Positions 11,031 to 24,112 are shown, numbered from the stretch's first letter. The stretch: 64,000 nt of DNA from Mobula hypostoma (GCF_963921235.1 NC_086097.1:119848001-119912000), one strand, 5' to 3'. Numbers and translations are program-made. Notes: generated from the sequence alone by a model not told the origin.

Positions 11031-11714
11031 AAGGAGGAGAAGAAGGCGGTACGACGGCAGCACGTGTAGCCTCTCCAGTGAATGATATCTGTAATCTGTC
11101 AAGTACACAATTCTGCACAATTCTGATTTGATGGAGACGGACGTGAGAGTACGGAGGAGCATCTGGAAAACTTCTGAAATGCCCGCGTCTCTGCTACTGC
11201 TACTGTGTGGTAACCGGAATCTCTGGAGCAGAAGGCCCTGAATCCTCGGCTTTGCTTGTTTCAGCGGCCGGGGCTAGGTCAAAGGCGCTCAGCAGAGGAT
11301 GGTGCTCAGGAGGCTGTATCAGAGGGGCTAGTCGGAGGCTCGCAGTTTTCGGACGGACGGACTCAGTGTTGGCTGTGGTCGGCTGCTTCCAAGGTATCGG
11401 CAAGTTGATGGTGCCTGGAGGTTTATGGCAGGGAGTTTCTCCCTTTTGCCGCCTGGTATCGGGGACTTGGGAGTCGATCGACTCGGGGACTTTTGAAACT
11501 TTATTTACCGTGCCCATGGTTTGTTCTTCATCAAATTATGGTATTGCTTTGCACTGCTGTAACTATACGTTATAATTATGTGGTTCTGTCAGTGTTAGTC
11601 TTTGGTTTATCCTGTTTTCTGTGAAATCACTCTGGAGAAACAATGTATCATTTCTTAATGCATGTATACATTTCTAAATGACAATAAAAGAGGACTGAAT
11701 GTTCTCATAATCTA
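11031..11714 (+). mobile_element. Unclassified non-autonomous retroelement-like insert within a Rex1 remnant
   Basis: CpG-rich 5' part and LINE-like 3' end (aatgacaataaaagaggactgaatgttctcataatct); flanks 10830-10985 and 11715 onward are Rex1-like. Confidence 0.5.
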
Positions 11715-11808
11715 AACTTCACTCAACTTCACTCACCCCTCACTGTTCCCACAACTAACAGACTCACTTTCAAAGATTCTTTATCTCATGTTCTCGATAT
11801 TTATTGCT

Positions 11809-11841
<33 letters not shown>

Positions 11842-11992
11842 TCTTTATTTATTTATTCCTTTGCACAGTTTGTTGTCTTTTGCACACTGGTTGAGTGCCC
11901 AAGTTGGAGCGGTCTTTTATTGTTTCTGTTTTGGTTAATAATGTATGGATTTATTGAGTATGCCCAAAAGAAAATGAATTTCAAAGTTGTAT

Positions 11993-12486
11993 TGTCAGTA
12001 CCTCCAGCTGAACTCTGTCTTTTTGTGTGTTTTCCCCTAGCTGTCAGTCTGTGGTTTTGTATTGCCATGTACTCCTGTCCCCGCTCCTGCTCTACTCCGG
12101 CCTCTGTATTACTGAGTACTCCGTCTCTCATCTGCTTCTCATTATTACCTGTATTGCTGCCACCTGTGTCTCATTGTGCTCCACCTATCATCTGCCTCTC
12201 TGTTTATTGCTCAGTGTATTTCAGTCCTGTGCTTTCACCTGTTTGTTGCCAGATTGTGCCAGTGAATTTTCCTGAGCCTTTCCAGCATCCGTATCTGTAC
12301 TCTGTCCATCTGAATATCAACTCTGCCTGTTTCCCGATTCTAGTTTTTGGATTTCTCTGGATGTTTTGATCTCTGTCTGATCTTTGACACCGACAGTGTT
12401 CACACCTTGGGATTTGTTACTCAATTAATATCACTGTGTGCACAGTACTGGGCCTGCAATTGGATCCCTGCTCCATCGCCCTGACA
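11993..12486. mobile_element. Solo LTR
   Basis: TGTCAG...CTGACA termini; flanks tgtat/tgtaa (5-bp TSD, one mismatch); interrupts a Rex1-type 3' UTR that resumes afterwards. Confidence 0.75.
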
Positions 12487-13221
12487 TGTAAATGATGACA
12501 TATATTTACTTTGATAATAAATTTATTTTGAACTTTGACGTTTTTGAACCTTCAAAAAGTGATACCTCAAGAAGGCAGCATGCATGATGAAGGATCTCCC
12601 GTCACCCTGGACATATTCTCCTCTCATTGCTACCTTCAAGGAGGAGCCAGAAGACACACACTTGACATTTCAAGACCAGCTTCTTGCCCTCTGAATTGAC
12701 ATAGAACTCATGAACATTACCTCACTATTTTTTAAAATCTCTTTTTGCACTACTTATTAAATTTATTATTATTAACTGCAATGTACGGCTGCCACATAAC
12801 AATGGATTTCACAACATATGGAGGTGATATTAACCATGATTTTGATTCATACTTTAACTTATCTGTAGACAGTTTTAGCATGACATCTGTTTCCAAGTTG
12901 AGACGAAAAGAGTTTGTTGTTTTGCAAGAGATTGTTTAATGTTTAATGCCATTTCTGGTACATAAGTGTAAAGAAGAAATCAATAATTCTTACTCCGGAT
13001 CCAATGCAACATATAAAAAACACAGTAAGATAAAGGACGCAATATTTTTAAAAAACAATAAATATAAATTCATAATACAACTTGTATGCCTGGATTGACT
13101 GTATGCACATAAAGTGACACTAGTTACAGGAGCGCCTGTACATAAGATGACCTGGACAAAAAATCATAAAATAGTGGTAGCAGGGTATGTGGACGGGTGG
13201 ATTAGTGGATGAAGGTGTTTT

Positions 13222-13540
13222 TTCAGCCTTTAAGGCATCCGTTAGTCTTGTGAGACCATGGATCTGCACCTGGAAAGTATTCACTCTCCAGGGTGCAGGC
13301 CTGGGCAAGGTTGTATGGAAGACCGGCAGTTGCCCATGCTGCAAGTCGCCCCTCTCCATGCACCGATGTTGTCCAAGGGAAGCGCAAAGGCCAATACAGC
13401 TTAGCACCAGTATCGTCGCAGAACAATGTGTGGTTACGTGCCTTGCTCAAGGACACAACACGCTGCCTCAGCTGGGGCTCAAACTTGTGACCTTCAGGTC
13501 GCTAGTCGAATGCCTTAACCACTTGGCCATGTGCCCACAC
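13222..13540 (-). mobile_element. tRNA-derived SINE with CORE-like central domain
   Basis: Minus strand reads tggccaagtggttaaggc...gtttgagcc, then gtgtccttgagcaaggcac; same head as 58714-58830 (+). Confidence 0.75.
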
Positions 13541-13791
13541 ATTACGCCTTACTACTTGGAGAAAGTAACTGCTTTTGAACCTGCTGGTCCCTGCACGAAT
13601 ACTTCATGGATAGTCTCTGATGGGAGTGGGACAATCCATGAGCAGGGTGATATCTCTGGCCTTTTTCTGGCACCATTCTGTGTATATATATATGTCCTTG
13701 ATGGTGGGTAGGTTGGTGGCAGTGATGCCTTGGGCAGTTTTGACTACCTGTTGTAAAGCCTTCCTGCCTGCCTTAGTGCAGTTTCTGTACC

Positions 13792-14195
13792 ATAAGACCA
13801 TGAGACATAGAAGCAGAATTAGGCCATTCAGCTCATTGAGTCTGCTCTACCATTCCAATATGGATGATCCTGGATCCCACTCAACCCCATACATCTGCCT
13901 TCTCGTCATATCCTTTGATGCCCTGACCCATCAGGAAACTGTCAATGTTCACTTTAATTATGTTCACGGTCTTAGCCTCTGCCGCAGTCTGTCCCAGAGC
14001 ATTCCACAGATTCACTACTCTCTGGCTAAAAAAAAAATCCTCCTCCACTCTATTCTAAAGAGTTGCCCCTCAATTTTGAGGTTGTGCCCTCTAGTTCTGG
14101 ACACTCCCACATCCACCTTATCTAGTCCTTTCAAAACTTGGTAAATTTCAATGAGATCCCTACTCATTCTTCTCAATTCCTGTGAGTACAAACCC
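13792..14195 (-). mobile_element. CR1 3' fragment
   Basis: Encodes GLYSQELRRMSRDLIEIYQVLKGLDKVD...SRTRGHNLKI; has the CR1-type 3' tail. Confidence 0.8.
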
Positions 14196-16494
14196 ATGCA
14201 GTAATGCAGCAGGTTAGCATGCTGTCTGCTGCACATCTGTAGAAGGTAATGAGTATAGATGCCCATAATCCAGCTCCCTTCAGCTTGATAAGAAAGTAGA
14301 AGTGCTTGTGAGCTTTCTTGATTGTGTTCTGGGACCATGAGAGTTTGTGCATGGCGTGCACTCACAGGAGTTTGAGGTGGGGGCGGGTTGAAAGGTGTGA
14401 AATCGTTAGCCATATTGATATTGAGGAAAACATTATTTGCCTGGCACCAGGCCTCGAGCTCTTCCACCTCCTTTCTGTAGGTCGTCTCATTGTTGTTGGT
14501 GACAAGCCTCATCACTGTCATGTCATCGGCGAACTCGAACAATGCGATTACTCGGTGTTTGGCCATGCATTTCGTGTATGAGCAGAGTGAACAGCGACGG
14601 GCTCAGCACACAGCCCTGAGGGGGCACCCATGTTGAGGATGATGGGGAGGGAGGAGCGATTGTACATCCTGACTATCTGAGGTCTGTTGGTTAGGAAGCT
14701 ACAGGGTGGCGTATTTAAACCGAGGAGTAGGAGTTTGTACACTATGGTCTGTGGGACAATGCAAAACTAAATTGAGAAACAGCATTCTGACATAAGTGCC
14801 CTTAATTTCTAGGTGTGTCAGGGCCAGGTGCATGACGGATGCTATCGCATTTGTCGTAGAATGGTTCTGTCTGTAAGCATATTGGTGAGAGTCTAGTATT
14901 GAGGAATGAAGATTTTGATATATATCATTACCAGCCGATAAAAGCACTTCATGATGATTGGCTTCAGCTCTATCGGATGGGAATCTTTTTGTTCAAATAG
15001 TGTAGAGTTCTTTGGTACAGGGATGAGGGTTGCTAATTTGAAGCATCTGGGGACAGCAGCTTGGATGAGTGTAGTGCTTAAGATACCTCTGATGAGAGTT
15101 GGTGTGCACACTCCCTGAGTACTCAGCCTAGGATGTCGTCTGGTCAGGCCACCTAACAGGGGTTGACTCTCTGCAGAATCCTCCTCACATGTGCTGCTTT
15201 TACATATAATGGCTGCCCACGTGAAAGGGCTGGAGGTGGGGGTCGTGGTTGACTTCATGGCTAACATTCTGTTGCATGTTTTGAAGCATACATGAAAGTT
15301 GTTTAGAGCATTGGGGACGGAGGCCTCTCTCATACAGTTGACGCTGTTTTTCCTTGCCTAGCCAGTAATGCCCTCAAGCCACATATATTGGAGATCATCA
15401 ACAGCCAAATTTTCCTGAATTTTGTGTGTGTAGGTGGTCTTTGCCCTCTTGATGCCTAACATGAGGTATCTCCTGGCTGCTCTGAGAGCTGTTCTGCCAA
15501 CGGACTTGACTACTGGGCTTTTAGTAGTGAGTGCACCTCAGCATTCACCCAGGGCTTCTGGTTGGGCAGTGAGAAGGCTCTTCCTGAGGTTGTGTCATTA
15601 CCTACACGTTAACAGATATAGCTGGTGACAGATGAGGCATATTCCTCAAGGTCTGTGTCGTCTCTGTTTGTGGCAACCTCCCTGAACATCTGCCAGTTAG
15701 TCCGTTCAAAACAGTTCTGAAGCATAGAGATTGCCTCATTAGGCCATGGCAGTCTCTTGACTGGTTTCTCCATTGTCAGCAGCGGTCAGTGTGCTGGGAG
15801 TAACATTATAGAAATGTCATTCAGGCCAAGGTGATGACATGGGGTGGCTTTGTAAGTACCGCATTGGTTTGTATAAACATGATCCATTCTCCTTGTTCCC
15901 CTGTGGCCATGGTGACACGCTACTGAATTTTGGGTAAAATGTCCTGCAGGTTGTGATTGAAGTCCCCTGCAATTATGAAGAGACCACCTGGATTCTTGTT
16001 TTGTAGAAAGCCGATGATACTGTAAAGCTCTCCCAGTGCATCCTTAGTGTTTGCATTCACGGGGACATGGACAGCAGTGATGAACACAGCAATAAATTCC
16101 CTGGGCAAGTAATATGCCGGGTATTTAATTGTAAAATGTTCAATTGCCACAGAGCAGTGACTGCTAACAATAGAGTTTGTGCACCAACCTTAGTTACTGT
16201 GACTAACACCGGATGAGCAAAGCAAGCCTTATTCCGATAGATGTGCTGAGAGTCTGTGCACAAATTTACAGCCACTCTCTGGGATAATTAGCCACAATTT
16301 ATCAATGGAGTTAGCATAGAGATTATCTTTCCAAACCACGTCACCAGCCCTAATAAACTGATTTTCTTCAAGTGCAAAACAAATCTAGCTTTTGTTACAA
16401 AATTAAACTAAACTAACGGTGAGTGTTACGAATTTAAAACCAAGAGAAATCAGTACATTTTATTTGCTTCTCTTTCAAGTAACATCTAAGGAAA

Positions 16495-16725
16495 GCAAAC
16501 AAACTGGAAATCTGAAATAAAAAAATAAAAGACTTGTGATACTCAATGGGTCAGGCGGCATCTAAAGAAAGGAATAAAAAGTCAACGTTTTGGGCCTCCC
16601 ATTCATCCTGAATAAACACGGACTGTTTATTCACTTCAGTACATGTTGCCTGACCTGCTAAGTTCCTCCAGCATTTTGTGTGCGTTGCTGTGGATTTCCA
16701 GCATCTGCAGAATCTCTTGTGTGTA
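16495..16725. mobile_element. Degenerate inverted pair of Penelope pseudo-LTR ends
   Basis: Minus-oriented gggtcaggcggcatct...gtcaacgttttgggcc followed by plus-oriented gttgcctgacctgctaagttcctccagcattttgtgtgcgttgc. Confidence 0.6.
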
Positions 16726-17049
16726 TTATGCTGTGAGAATGCTATCAGTGATGGTGAGTGTGAGTGTGTAACAACTAAAGTTGATCTTTGATCCCTTCAG
16801 TTCACTTATTCGCCCTCTGTGGTTTTTTTCTCTTTTGTGTGAATATACATGTCTGTTTATGGACCTGTATGTGTGTCTGTGCACGTGTGAGTAGTTTGTA
16901 AGTGTGTGTGTATACACGTGTTTTAGTGTGTTCTTGGCACAAACAGAGCATCAAATAATATTATTCAAGACTTAGTGAGTAGCAGTCAATACTGTTATGA
17001 ACATTTTACTAAATGCTGATCAGTTTTTGGATAAATATCTCTAAATGCA

Positions 17050-17670
17050 GAACTCTCATCACTCAGGCTAAAGATAGCTGGGCTTTGCACATCCATACCC
17101 ACCTCATTCTACAGATGCACTATGTAGTAGAGAGCTTCCTGACAAACTGCATCACCGTTTGGAATGGAAACTGCACTGTGGCAGACAGGAAGGCTTTGCA
17201 ACAGGTATTCAAAACTGTCCAACACATCACTGGCATCAGCCTACCAACCATTAAGAACATATATATAGTAAACAGCCGAAAAAGCCAGTAGCATCATGAA
17301 GGATCCCACCCACCCTGCTCAAGGATTGTTTGTCCCACTCCCATCAGGGAGGAAGCTATGTAGCATCTGTGCCAGGACCACCAGACTCAAAAGCAGTTAC
17401 TTTCCCCAAGAAGTAAGACGAATCAACACCTCCACCCACTAACTCCACCACTACTTTATTATTTCCTATCAATCACCCTATGCCTAGTGACTCTATATGG
17501 GCATACAATCAATCTATTATATAAATTATCTTATGTATTTATATTTATTGTGTGTTTAATGTGATTCCTTACCTTTGTTTTTGCGTTCTTCATCAGATCT
17601 GGAGTAACAAGTATTTTGTTTGTGTCTTCTCTTGTGTACTGGAAGTGATATTAAACAATCTTTAATCTCA
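17050..17670 (+). mobile_element. Rex1/Babar 3' fragment
   Basis: Encodes ESFLTNCITVWNGNCTVADRKALQQV; followed by 3' UTR. Confidence 0.8.
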
Positions 17671-18279
17671 AATCTAAAATTGGGTGAACACCAGCATTTA
17701 TTGTCTTGTGAATATTTGCACTGGAAGACATTTTTGTTAAGGATGATTCTGACAAATGACATTTCCGTAAAAAGGAATTCAGAGAAAGGTTGGTTTACCA
17801 CATGAAAACATTCCTATTTTAGCTGTAAATTACTGCTCAATCACAGACACCAGCTAGTGCCATAATATAACTCCTGAAGCTTAACAGCATCTGCTTCCAT
17901 TTGCTTGTTTTCAATTTATGGTATTACAGTGCAAAGCTGCAATGGTTGGTTCCTAAGTAATGGATATTACAGTGCTCCCGATCACCGATTAATTCCTGCT
18001 GCTGTCAGTAAGGAGTTCGTATGTTCTCCCTGTGACTGTGTGGGTTTCCACAGGGTGCCTCAATTTTTCCCTGCATTCCAAAGACGTAGATTTAAAGTTA
18101 GCAAATTGTGGGCATGCTTTGTTGCTGCCAGAAACATGACAAAACTTGTGTGCAGCCCAGCACAATCCTTGCAGATTTGATTTGACGCAAACAACACATT
18201 TCACTCTGTGTTTTAATGTTTCAATGGATGTGTGATGAATAAAGCCAATCATTTCTCTCTTCTCTTTATTGAATTTGTA

Positions 18280-18722
18280 AATGCAGGAGATCCTGCAGAT
18301 GCTGGAAATCTTGAGCAACACAGGCAAAATGCTGGAGTAACTGAGCAGGTCCGGCAGCATCTATCAATGAGAATGAACAGTCAACGTTTTGGGCTGAGGT
18401 CCTCCCTCAGGAGTGGAAAGGTATGGGGAAGAAGCCAGAATAAGAAGGTAGGGAGATGGGAAGGAGTGTAAGCTACGAGGTGATAGGTGAATCCAAATGA
18501 TGGGGAAGCTGAGTAGGTGGGAAAAAGGGAGAAACCAGTTGAGGGAAAGATTTCAACCATGACCTGCCAGCTTATAATCCTTCCCCTCCTACACCTTCTT
18601 ATTCTCACCCATTTCCTTACCAGTCCTGATGTAGGGTCTTGGCCCAAAACATCGATTGTTTCTTCCCCTCCATAGATGCTGCCTGATTTGCTGAGTTCCT
18701 TCAGTATATTCTGTGTGTTGCT
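18280..18722. mobile_element. Inverted pair of Penelope pseudo-LTRs with decayed hammerhead motifs
   Basis: Minus copy ~18280-18540 and plus copy ~18560-18722 (agtcctgatgtagggtcttggcccaaaacatcgattg). Confidence 0.75.
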
Positions 18723-18839
18723 GATGGCTATACAACCAAGTATTACCAACTCTGCCTGAAAACTTCAAATCACAATTATTGATGTTCCAATGCCTGACTA
18801 GAACTTTATCATTATCTATTCTTTAGAATTCAGACTATA

Positions 18840-19340
18840 AATCATAGAACATAGAAGATAGAACAATAGAGCACAGTACAGGCCCTTCAGCCCATGATAT
18901 TATACGAACCTTTTTATCTACTCTACGATCAACCTAGCCATTCCTTCCTACGTAGCCATTCATTTTTCTATCATCCATACGCCTAACAGTTTCTTAAATG
19001 TCCCTAATGTACCTGCCTCTACCACTACCACTGTCAGGGCATTCCACACATCACCACACTTCATGTGTTAAAACTTTACTCTGACATGCACCCCCCCCCC
19101 ATACTTTCCTCTAATCACCTTAAAATTAGCCCTGATGGTAATAACCATTTCCACCTGGGAGAAGTCTCTGTCTATCCATTTGATCAACACATCGTATAAT
19201 CTTGTACACCTCTATCAAGTCGACTCTCACCCTCCTATACTCCAAAGATAAAAGCTCTACCTCAGTCAATCTATCCTCATAAGACATGCTGGCTAATCCG
19301 GCAGCATTCTAGTTAGTCTCCTCTGCATCCTCTCACCTAG
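18840..19340 (-). mobile_element. Old CR1 3' fragment
   Basis: Tail catagaacatagaagatagaacaatagagcacagtacaggcccttcagccc, followed by degenerate RT C-terminus. Confidence 0.7.
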
Positions 19341-19341
19341 T

Positions 19342-19602
19342 TGTTATGATTTATAACTCCAGAAACTAATTGAAAGAAAAACACAGGCGCTTGGACATGT
19401 TTTGTCTATTTAGAGTCTTTTCTCTTTTTTAATGTAGTGCTGATATATGATGTGGTGGCATAATATGCCATTCATGTACTTCTTACATGAATAACCATAT
19501 GCAATAACCCATAACAAATTATGTAAACAAACAAAGAATGCTTAATCAAATAATACATATACAATATTACTCAAATATTACTGAAATATTAAATACACAA
19601 CA
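19342..19602 (-). mobile_element. Solo LTR related to the Gypsy LTRs at 45590-45835 and 47868-48109
   Basis: Reverse complement begins tgttgtgtatttaatatttcagtaatatttgagtaat and ends cataaca, as those LTRs do. Confidence 0.85.
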
Positions 19603-19608
19603 CTTCTT

Positions 19609-22345
19609 CAGAATGACAATCATGTTTATTATCACCGGCATGTGACGTGAAATTTGTTAACTCAGCAGCAGTAGTTCAATACAATACATGGTCTAGCAGA
19701 AAGAAAAAAAATAAAAATAATAATAATAAATAAACAAGTAAATCAATTACGTATATTGAATAGATTTTTAAAAAGAGGCAAAAACAGAAATACTGTATAT
19801 TAACAAAAACGAGGTAGTGTCCAAAGATTCAATGTCCATTTAGGAATCAGATGGCAGAGAGGAAGAAGCTGTTCCTGAATCGCTGACTGTGTGCCTTTAG
19901 GCTTCTGTACCTCCTACCTGATGCTAACAGTGAAAAAAGGGCATGCCCTGGGTGCTGGAGGTCCTTAATAATGGACGCTGCCTTTCTGAGACACCACTCC
20001 CTAAAGAAGTCCTCGGTACTTTGTAGGCTAGTGCCCAAGATAGAACTGACTAGGTTTACAGCTTCCTGCAGCTTCTTTCGGTCCTGTGCAGTAGCCCCTC
20101 CATAGCAGACAGTGATGCAGCCTGTCAGAAAGCTCTCCACGGTACAACTATAAAAGTTTTTGAGTATATTTGTTGACATGCCAATTCTCTTCAAACTCCT
20201 AATAAAATATAGCCACTGTCTTGCCTTCTCTATAATTACATCAATATGTTGGAACCAGGATAGATCCTCAGAGATCTTGACACCCAGGAACTTGAAGCTG
20301 CTCACTCTCTCCACTTCTGATCCCTCTATGAGGATTGGTATGTCTTACTTCATCTTAGTCTTTCTGAAGTCCACAATCAGCTCTTTCGTCTTACTGACGT
20401 TGAGTGCCAGGTTGTTGCTGTGGCACCATTCCACTAGTTGGCATATCTCACTCCTGTACACCCTCTCATCACCACCTGAGATTCTACCAACAATGGTTGT
20501 ATCGTTAGCAAATTTATAGATGGTATTTGAGCTATACCTAGCCACACAATCATGTGTATATAGAGAGTAGAGCAGTGGGCTAAGCACACATCACTGTAGT
20601 ACGCCAGTGTTGATCATCAGCGAGGAGGATATGTTATCACCAATCTCCACAGATTGTGGAATTCGGTTAGGAAGTCAAGGATCCAATTGCAGAGTGAGGT
20701 ACAGAGGCCCAGGTTCTGCAACTTCTCAGTCAGGATTGTGGGAATGATGGTATTAAATGTTGAGCTATAGTCGATGAACAGCATCCTAACATAGGTGTTT
20801 GTGTTCTCCAGGTGACCTAAAGCCGTGTGGAAAGCCATTGAGATTGCATCTGCCATTGACCTATTGTGGCGATAGGCAAATTGCAATGAGTCCAGGTCCT
20901 TGCTGAGGCAGGAGTTCAGTCTAGTCATGACCAACGTCTCAAAGCATTTCATCACTGTCGATGTGACTGCTACCAGGCGATAGTCATTAAGGCAGCCCAC
21001 ATTATTCTTCTAGGGCACTGGTATAATTATTACCTTCTTGAAGCAAGTGGGAACTTCTACCTGCAGCAGTAAGAGGTTGAAAATATCCTTGAATACTCCC
21101 GCTAGTTGGTTGGCACAGATTTTCAGAGCCTTACCAGCTACTCCATTAGGACCTTCCGCCTTGCGAGGGTTCACTCTCTTTAAAGACAGTCTAACATTGG
21201 CCTCAGAGACGAAGATCACAGCGTCATCAGATGCAGCAGGGATGTTCACAGCTGTAGTTGTGTTCTCCCTTTCAAAGTGTGCATAGAAGGCGTTGAGTTC
21301 ATCTGGTAGTGAAGCATAGCTGTCATTCATGCTATTGGGTTTCACTTTGCAGGAAGTAATTGCAGACCCTGCCAGAGTTCGAGTGCAACTGATGTCGCCT
21401 CCAACCTCGTTTGAAATTGTCTCTTTGTCCTTGAAATAGCCCTCCACAAATCATACTTGGTTTTCTGGTACAGGCCTGGGTCACCAGACTTGAATGCCAC
21501 AGATCCAGCCTTCAGCAAGCGACATACCTCCTAGTTTATCCACAGCTTTTGATTTGGGAATGTACAGTAAGTCTTTGTGGGTACACACTCATCCACACAG
21601 GTTTTAAAGAAATCAGTAACAACTACAGCATACTCAACCAGGTTTGAAGATGAATTCCTGAATATAGTCCAGTCCACTGATTCAAAGCAGTCCTGTAGGT
21701 GCTCCTGTGCTTCCCTTGTCCATATTTCTTGGTCCTCACTGCTGGTGCTGCAGTCTTCAGTCTCTCTCTATATTCAGGGAGTAGAAGTACAGTCAGGTGA
21801 TCAGTCTTCCCGAAGTGAGGGCGAGGAATAACACGGTAGGCATTCTTGATAGTGGTGTAGCAATGGTCCAGTGTTTTGTTTCCTCTGGTATTGCAAGTAA
21901 TCTGTTGATGATAGTTGCCTAGTGATTTTTTTCAGCTAGCATGGTTAAAATCTCCCATAACGATGGTAAAGGCGGTAGGGTGCGCCGTTTCATGCATGTT
22001 GATCCCATTGCTCAGATTATCTAAAACCTGCTTGACATTAGCCTGAGGTGGAATGTAAACTGCTACCAAAATGATCCCAGAGAACTCCCATGGTAGGTAA
22101 AAAGGACGGCACTTTACTGCCAGGTCTGGTGAGTAGAATTGGGACAGCACTGATATATGTGTGCATGAAGAAGAGTTGATCATGAGGCATACTCCTCCAC
22201 CTCTGCTTTTGAGAGACTCTGTAGATCTATCCTGATGGTGTATAGTAAACTCATCGATCCGAATCGCTGCATCTGTTACAGAAGGGATCAACCAGGATTC
22301 CATGAAACAAAGGACACACGTGGTCCTAATGTCCTTCCTGCTTAG
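19609..22345 (-). mobile_element. Rex1/Babar LINE, APE plus RT plus 3' UTR, degenerate
   Basis: Collinear ORFs 21932-22375 (CFMESWL, RGGGVC, VAVYIPP, MGDFN), 21010-21447, 20617-21000 ([26 protein letters not shown]), 20345-20587 (LSPLLYSLYTHDC, KFANDTT) and 19847-20314. Confidence 0.92.
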
Positions 22346-22900
22346 GTATAACCTCCAACTCAATGTGGAATGCATCTCAACTCAACTATGCAACATATTG
22401 CTCTACAGTCATATTATGTACTACTATAAAGGCATCCACAGCAGAGTTTATTTTAAATTGTCTCATTCAGGCCTACAGATTTAATCACTGCAGAGGATTT
22501 TTTACTCTTGTGAGAGAACACCTTCCCAGATAAGGAGGCGGGGGATCACTCTTCTTGGCAGGTAAGACTTGCGGCTGGCAAGCAATCCCAGGATCTGGAG
22601 CCTCCTCCCATGGTGGTTGCAGGAGATAACTCTGGGACTGCAGGAAGTGACCCTGACAGCTCTGGACAACTTGCTTCTCAAACAATTGACTCTGACTCTC
22701 TTCAAGATCGACATGTCTTCTCCAGATGACATCAGACACAATCTCCATTGTGTAGGCCAGTGGCCCAGTTCTGTCCTTAATCTTTCCAAGTACCTACCTT
22801 TCTCTGCATTCAGTGGCCACTTTATTAGATACAAGCAATGTAATTTGATCTGGCTTTTAAACAAAATTGACTTCAGCTGGTAATGACTAATTGAAAAACA

Positions 22901-24112
22901 CACTCAGAAGCCACTTTATTAGGTACACCTGTACACCCCAATCATATAGCAGCAGCTCAATACATAAAAACATGCAGACATGGTCACAAGGTTCAGTTGT
23001 TGTTCAGATCAAACATCATACTGTGGAAGAAATGTGATCTAAGTGACATTGACCATTGAATGATTGTTGATGCCAGATGAGGTAGTTCGAGTATCTCAAA
23101 TTTTCACACACAACAGTCTCTAGAGTTTACAGAAAATGATGCGATAAACAAAAAACATCTACCAAGCAACAGTTCTGTGGGCAAAAAAACCTTGTTAATG
23201 TAAGGGGGTTTCGTCTTTTACTGCGTAGGCTAATTAAAATGGCTTCTTTGTTATGTTATACTGGGGAATGCTTCTTTGTTATGTTAAATGCTGAGAAAGT
23301 CTCTATCTAGACATTTGCTTAGGTTAGTACAGATAACAGGGTGCTATTAACCAACTGGGATAGTTGTTATGATTTTGGTCTATCTGGGAGATTTGCATGC
23401 ACGGGGTTTTGGGGCAGAAGGTGGGAGAGAGAGACAGAGGATGGACCAGGTGCTGTGATGTCCGCTAACGGGGTCGGACCCCCAGGAGGGCGTTCGGCAA
23501 GGAGATGGAGACGGACTCGTGTGGAGCGTCTGGTTGGCCACCGTTGTTGGTCCCAGGCGGCCGGTCGAGGTGGTCCGAGGGGTCTCAGGATGAAGAAGAA
23601 GGTTCTTGAGCTCCAACTGTTTGTGCACGAAGAGATTGAACTTTGATAAGTGTGGTGCCTTTTACTTTCCTTTTATATTTTATTCTCTATTAATCATATA
23701 GTTCCAGCAATATCTATAAACTGTAAATTATTTAATCGTATCTGGTGTATTGTCTGTTATTTGGGCGGGGTGGGGTACATCACACAGCATCCACACAAAC
23801 TAATTACCCAGTTTGGCGGGGCCGAGGGCTATTTCCCTATACGACAGCAAGCCAAGCGACCCTGAGGGTGGCCAGGGGGCTACATTAATGAGAGAGGTAA
23901 GAGGAGAAGGCCAGACTAGTTCAAGCTGACAGGAAGTTGACAGTGATTCAAATAACCATGTGTTACAATGATGGTGTTTGAAAGAGCATCTCTGAATGCA
24001 TAACTTGTTGAAACTTGAAGTGGATGGGCTACAGCAGGAGAAGACCACAAACATACACTCAGTGGCCATTTGATTAAGTACAGGAAATACCTAATGAAGT
24101 GGTCACTGAGTG
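22901..24112 (+). mobile_element. Non-autonomous Tc1/mariner element interrupted by a solo LTR
   Basis: TIRs cactcagaagccactttattaggta / tacctaatgaagtggtcactgagtg followed by TA; same family as 44507-48367. Confidence 0.85.
23199..23884. mobile_element. Solo LTR (686 bp)
   Basis: TGTA...TACA termini, perfect 4-bp TSD TTAA (23195-23198 and 23885-23888); host Tc1 sequence is continuous across it. Confidence 0.85.

Larger units (their letters stand above)
12925..16200 (-). mobile_element. Degenerate Rex1/Babar LINE (APE plus RT), interrupted by a SINE and a CR1 3' fragment
   Basis: ORF fragments YYLPREF...IIAGDFNH (15920-16150), FKLATLIPVPK, HQYAYRQNHST...YVRMLF, FADDMTV, WYRNCT; 3' UTR matches the plus-strand copy at 17050-17670. 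Confidence 0.85.

Noticed and set aside
22485..22903. Host coding exon in GC-richer unique sequence
   Set aside because: Open frames on both strands but no recognisable protein or consistent splice pair.
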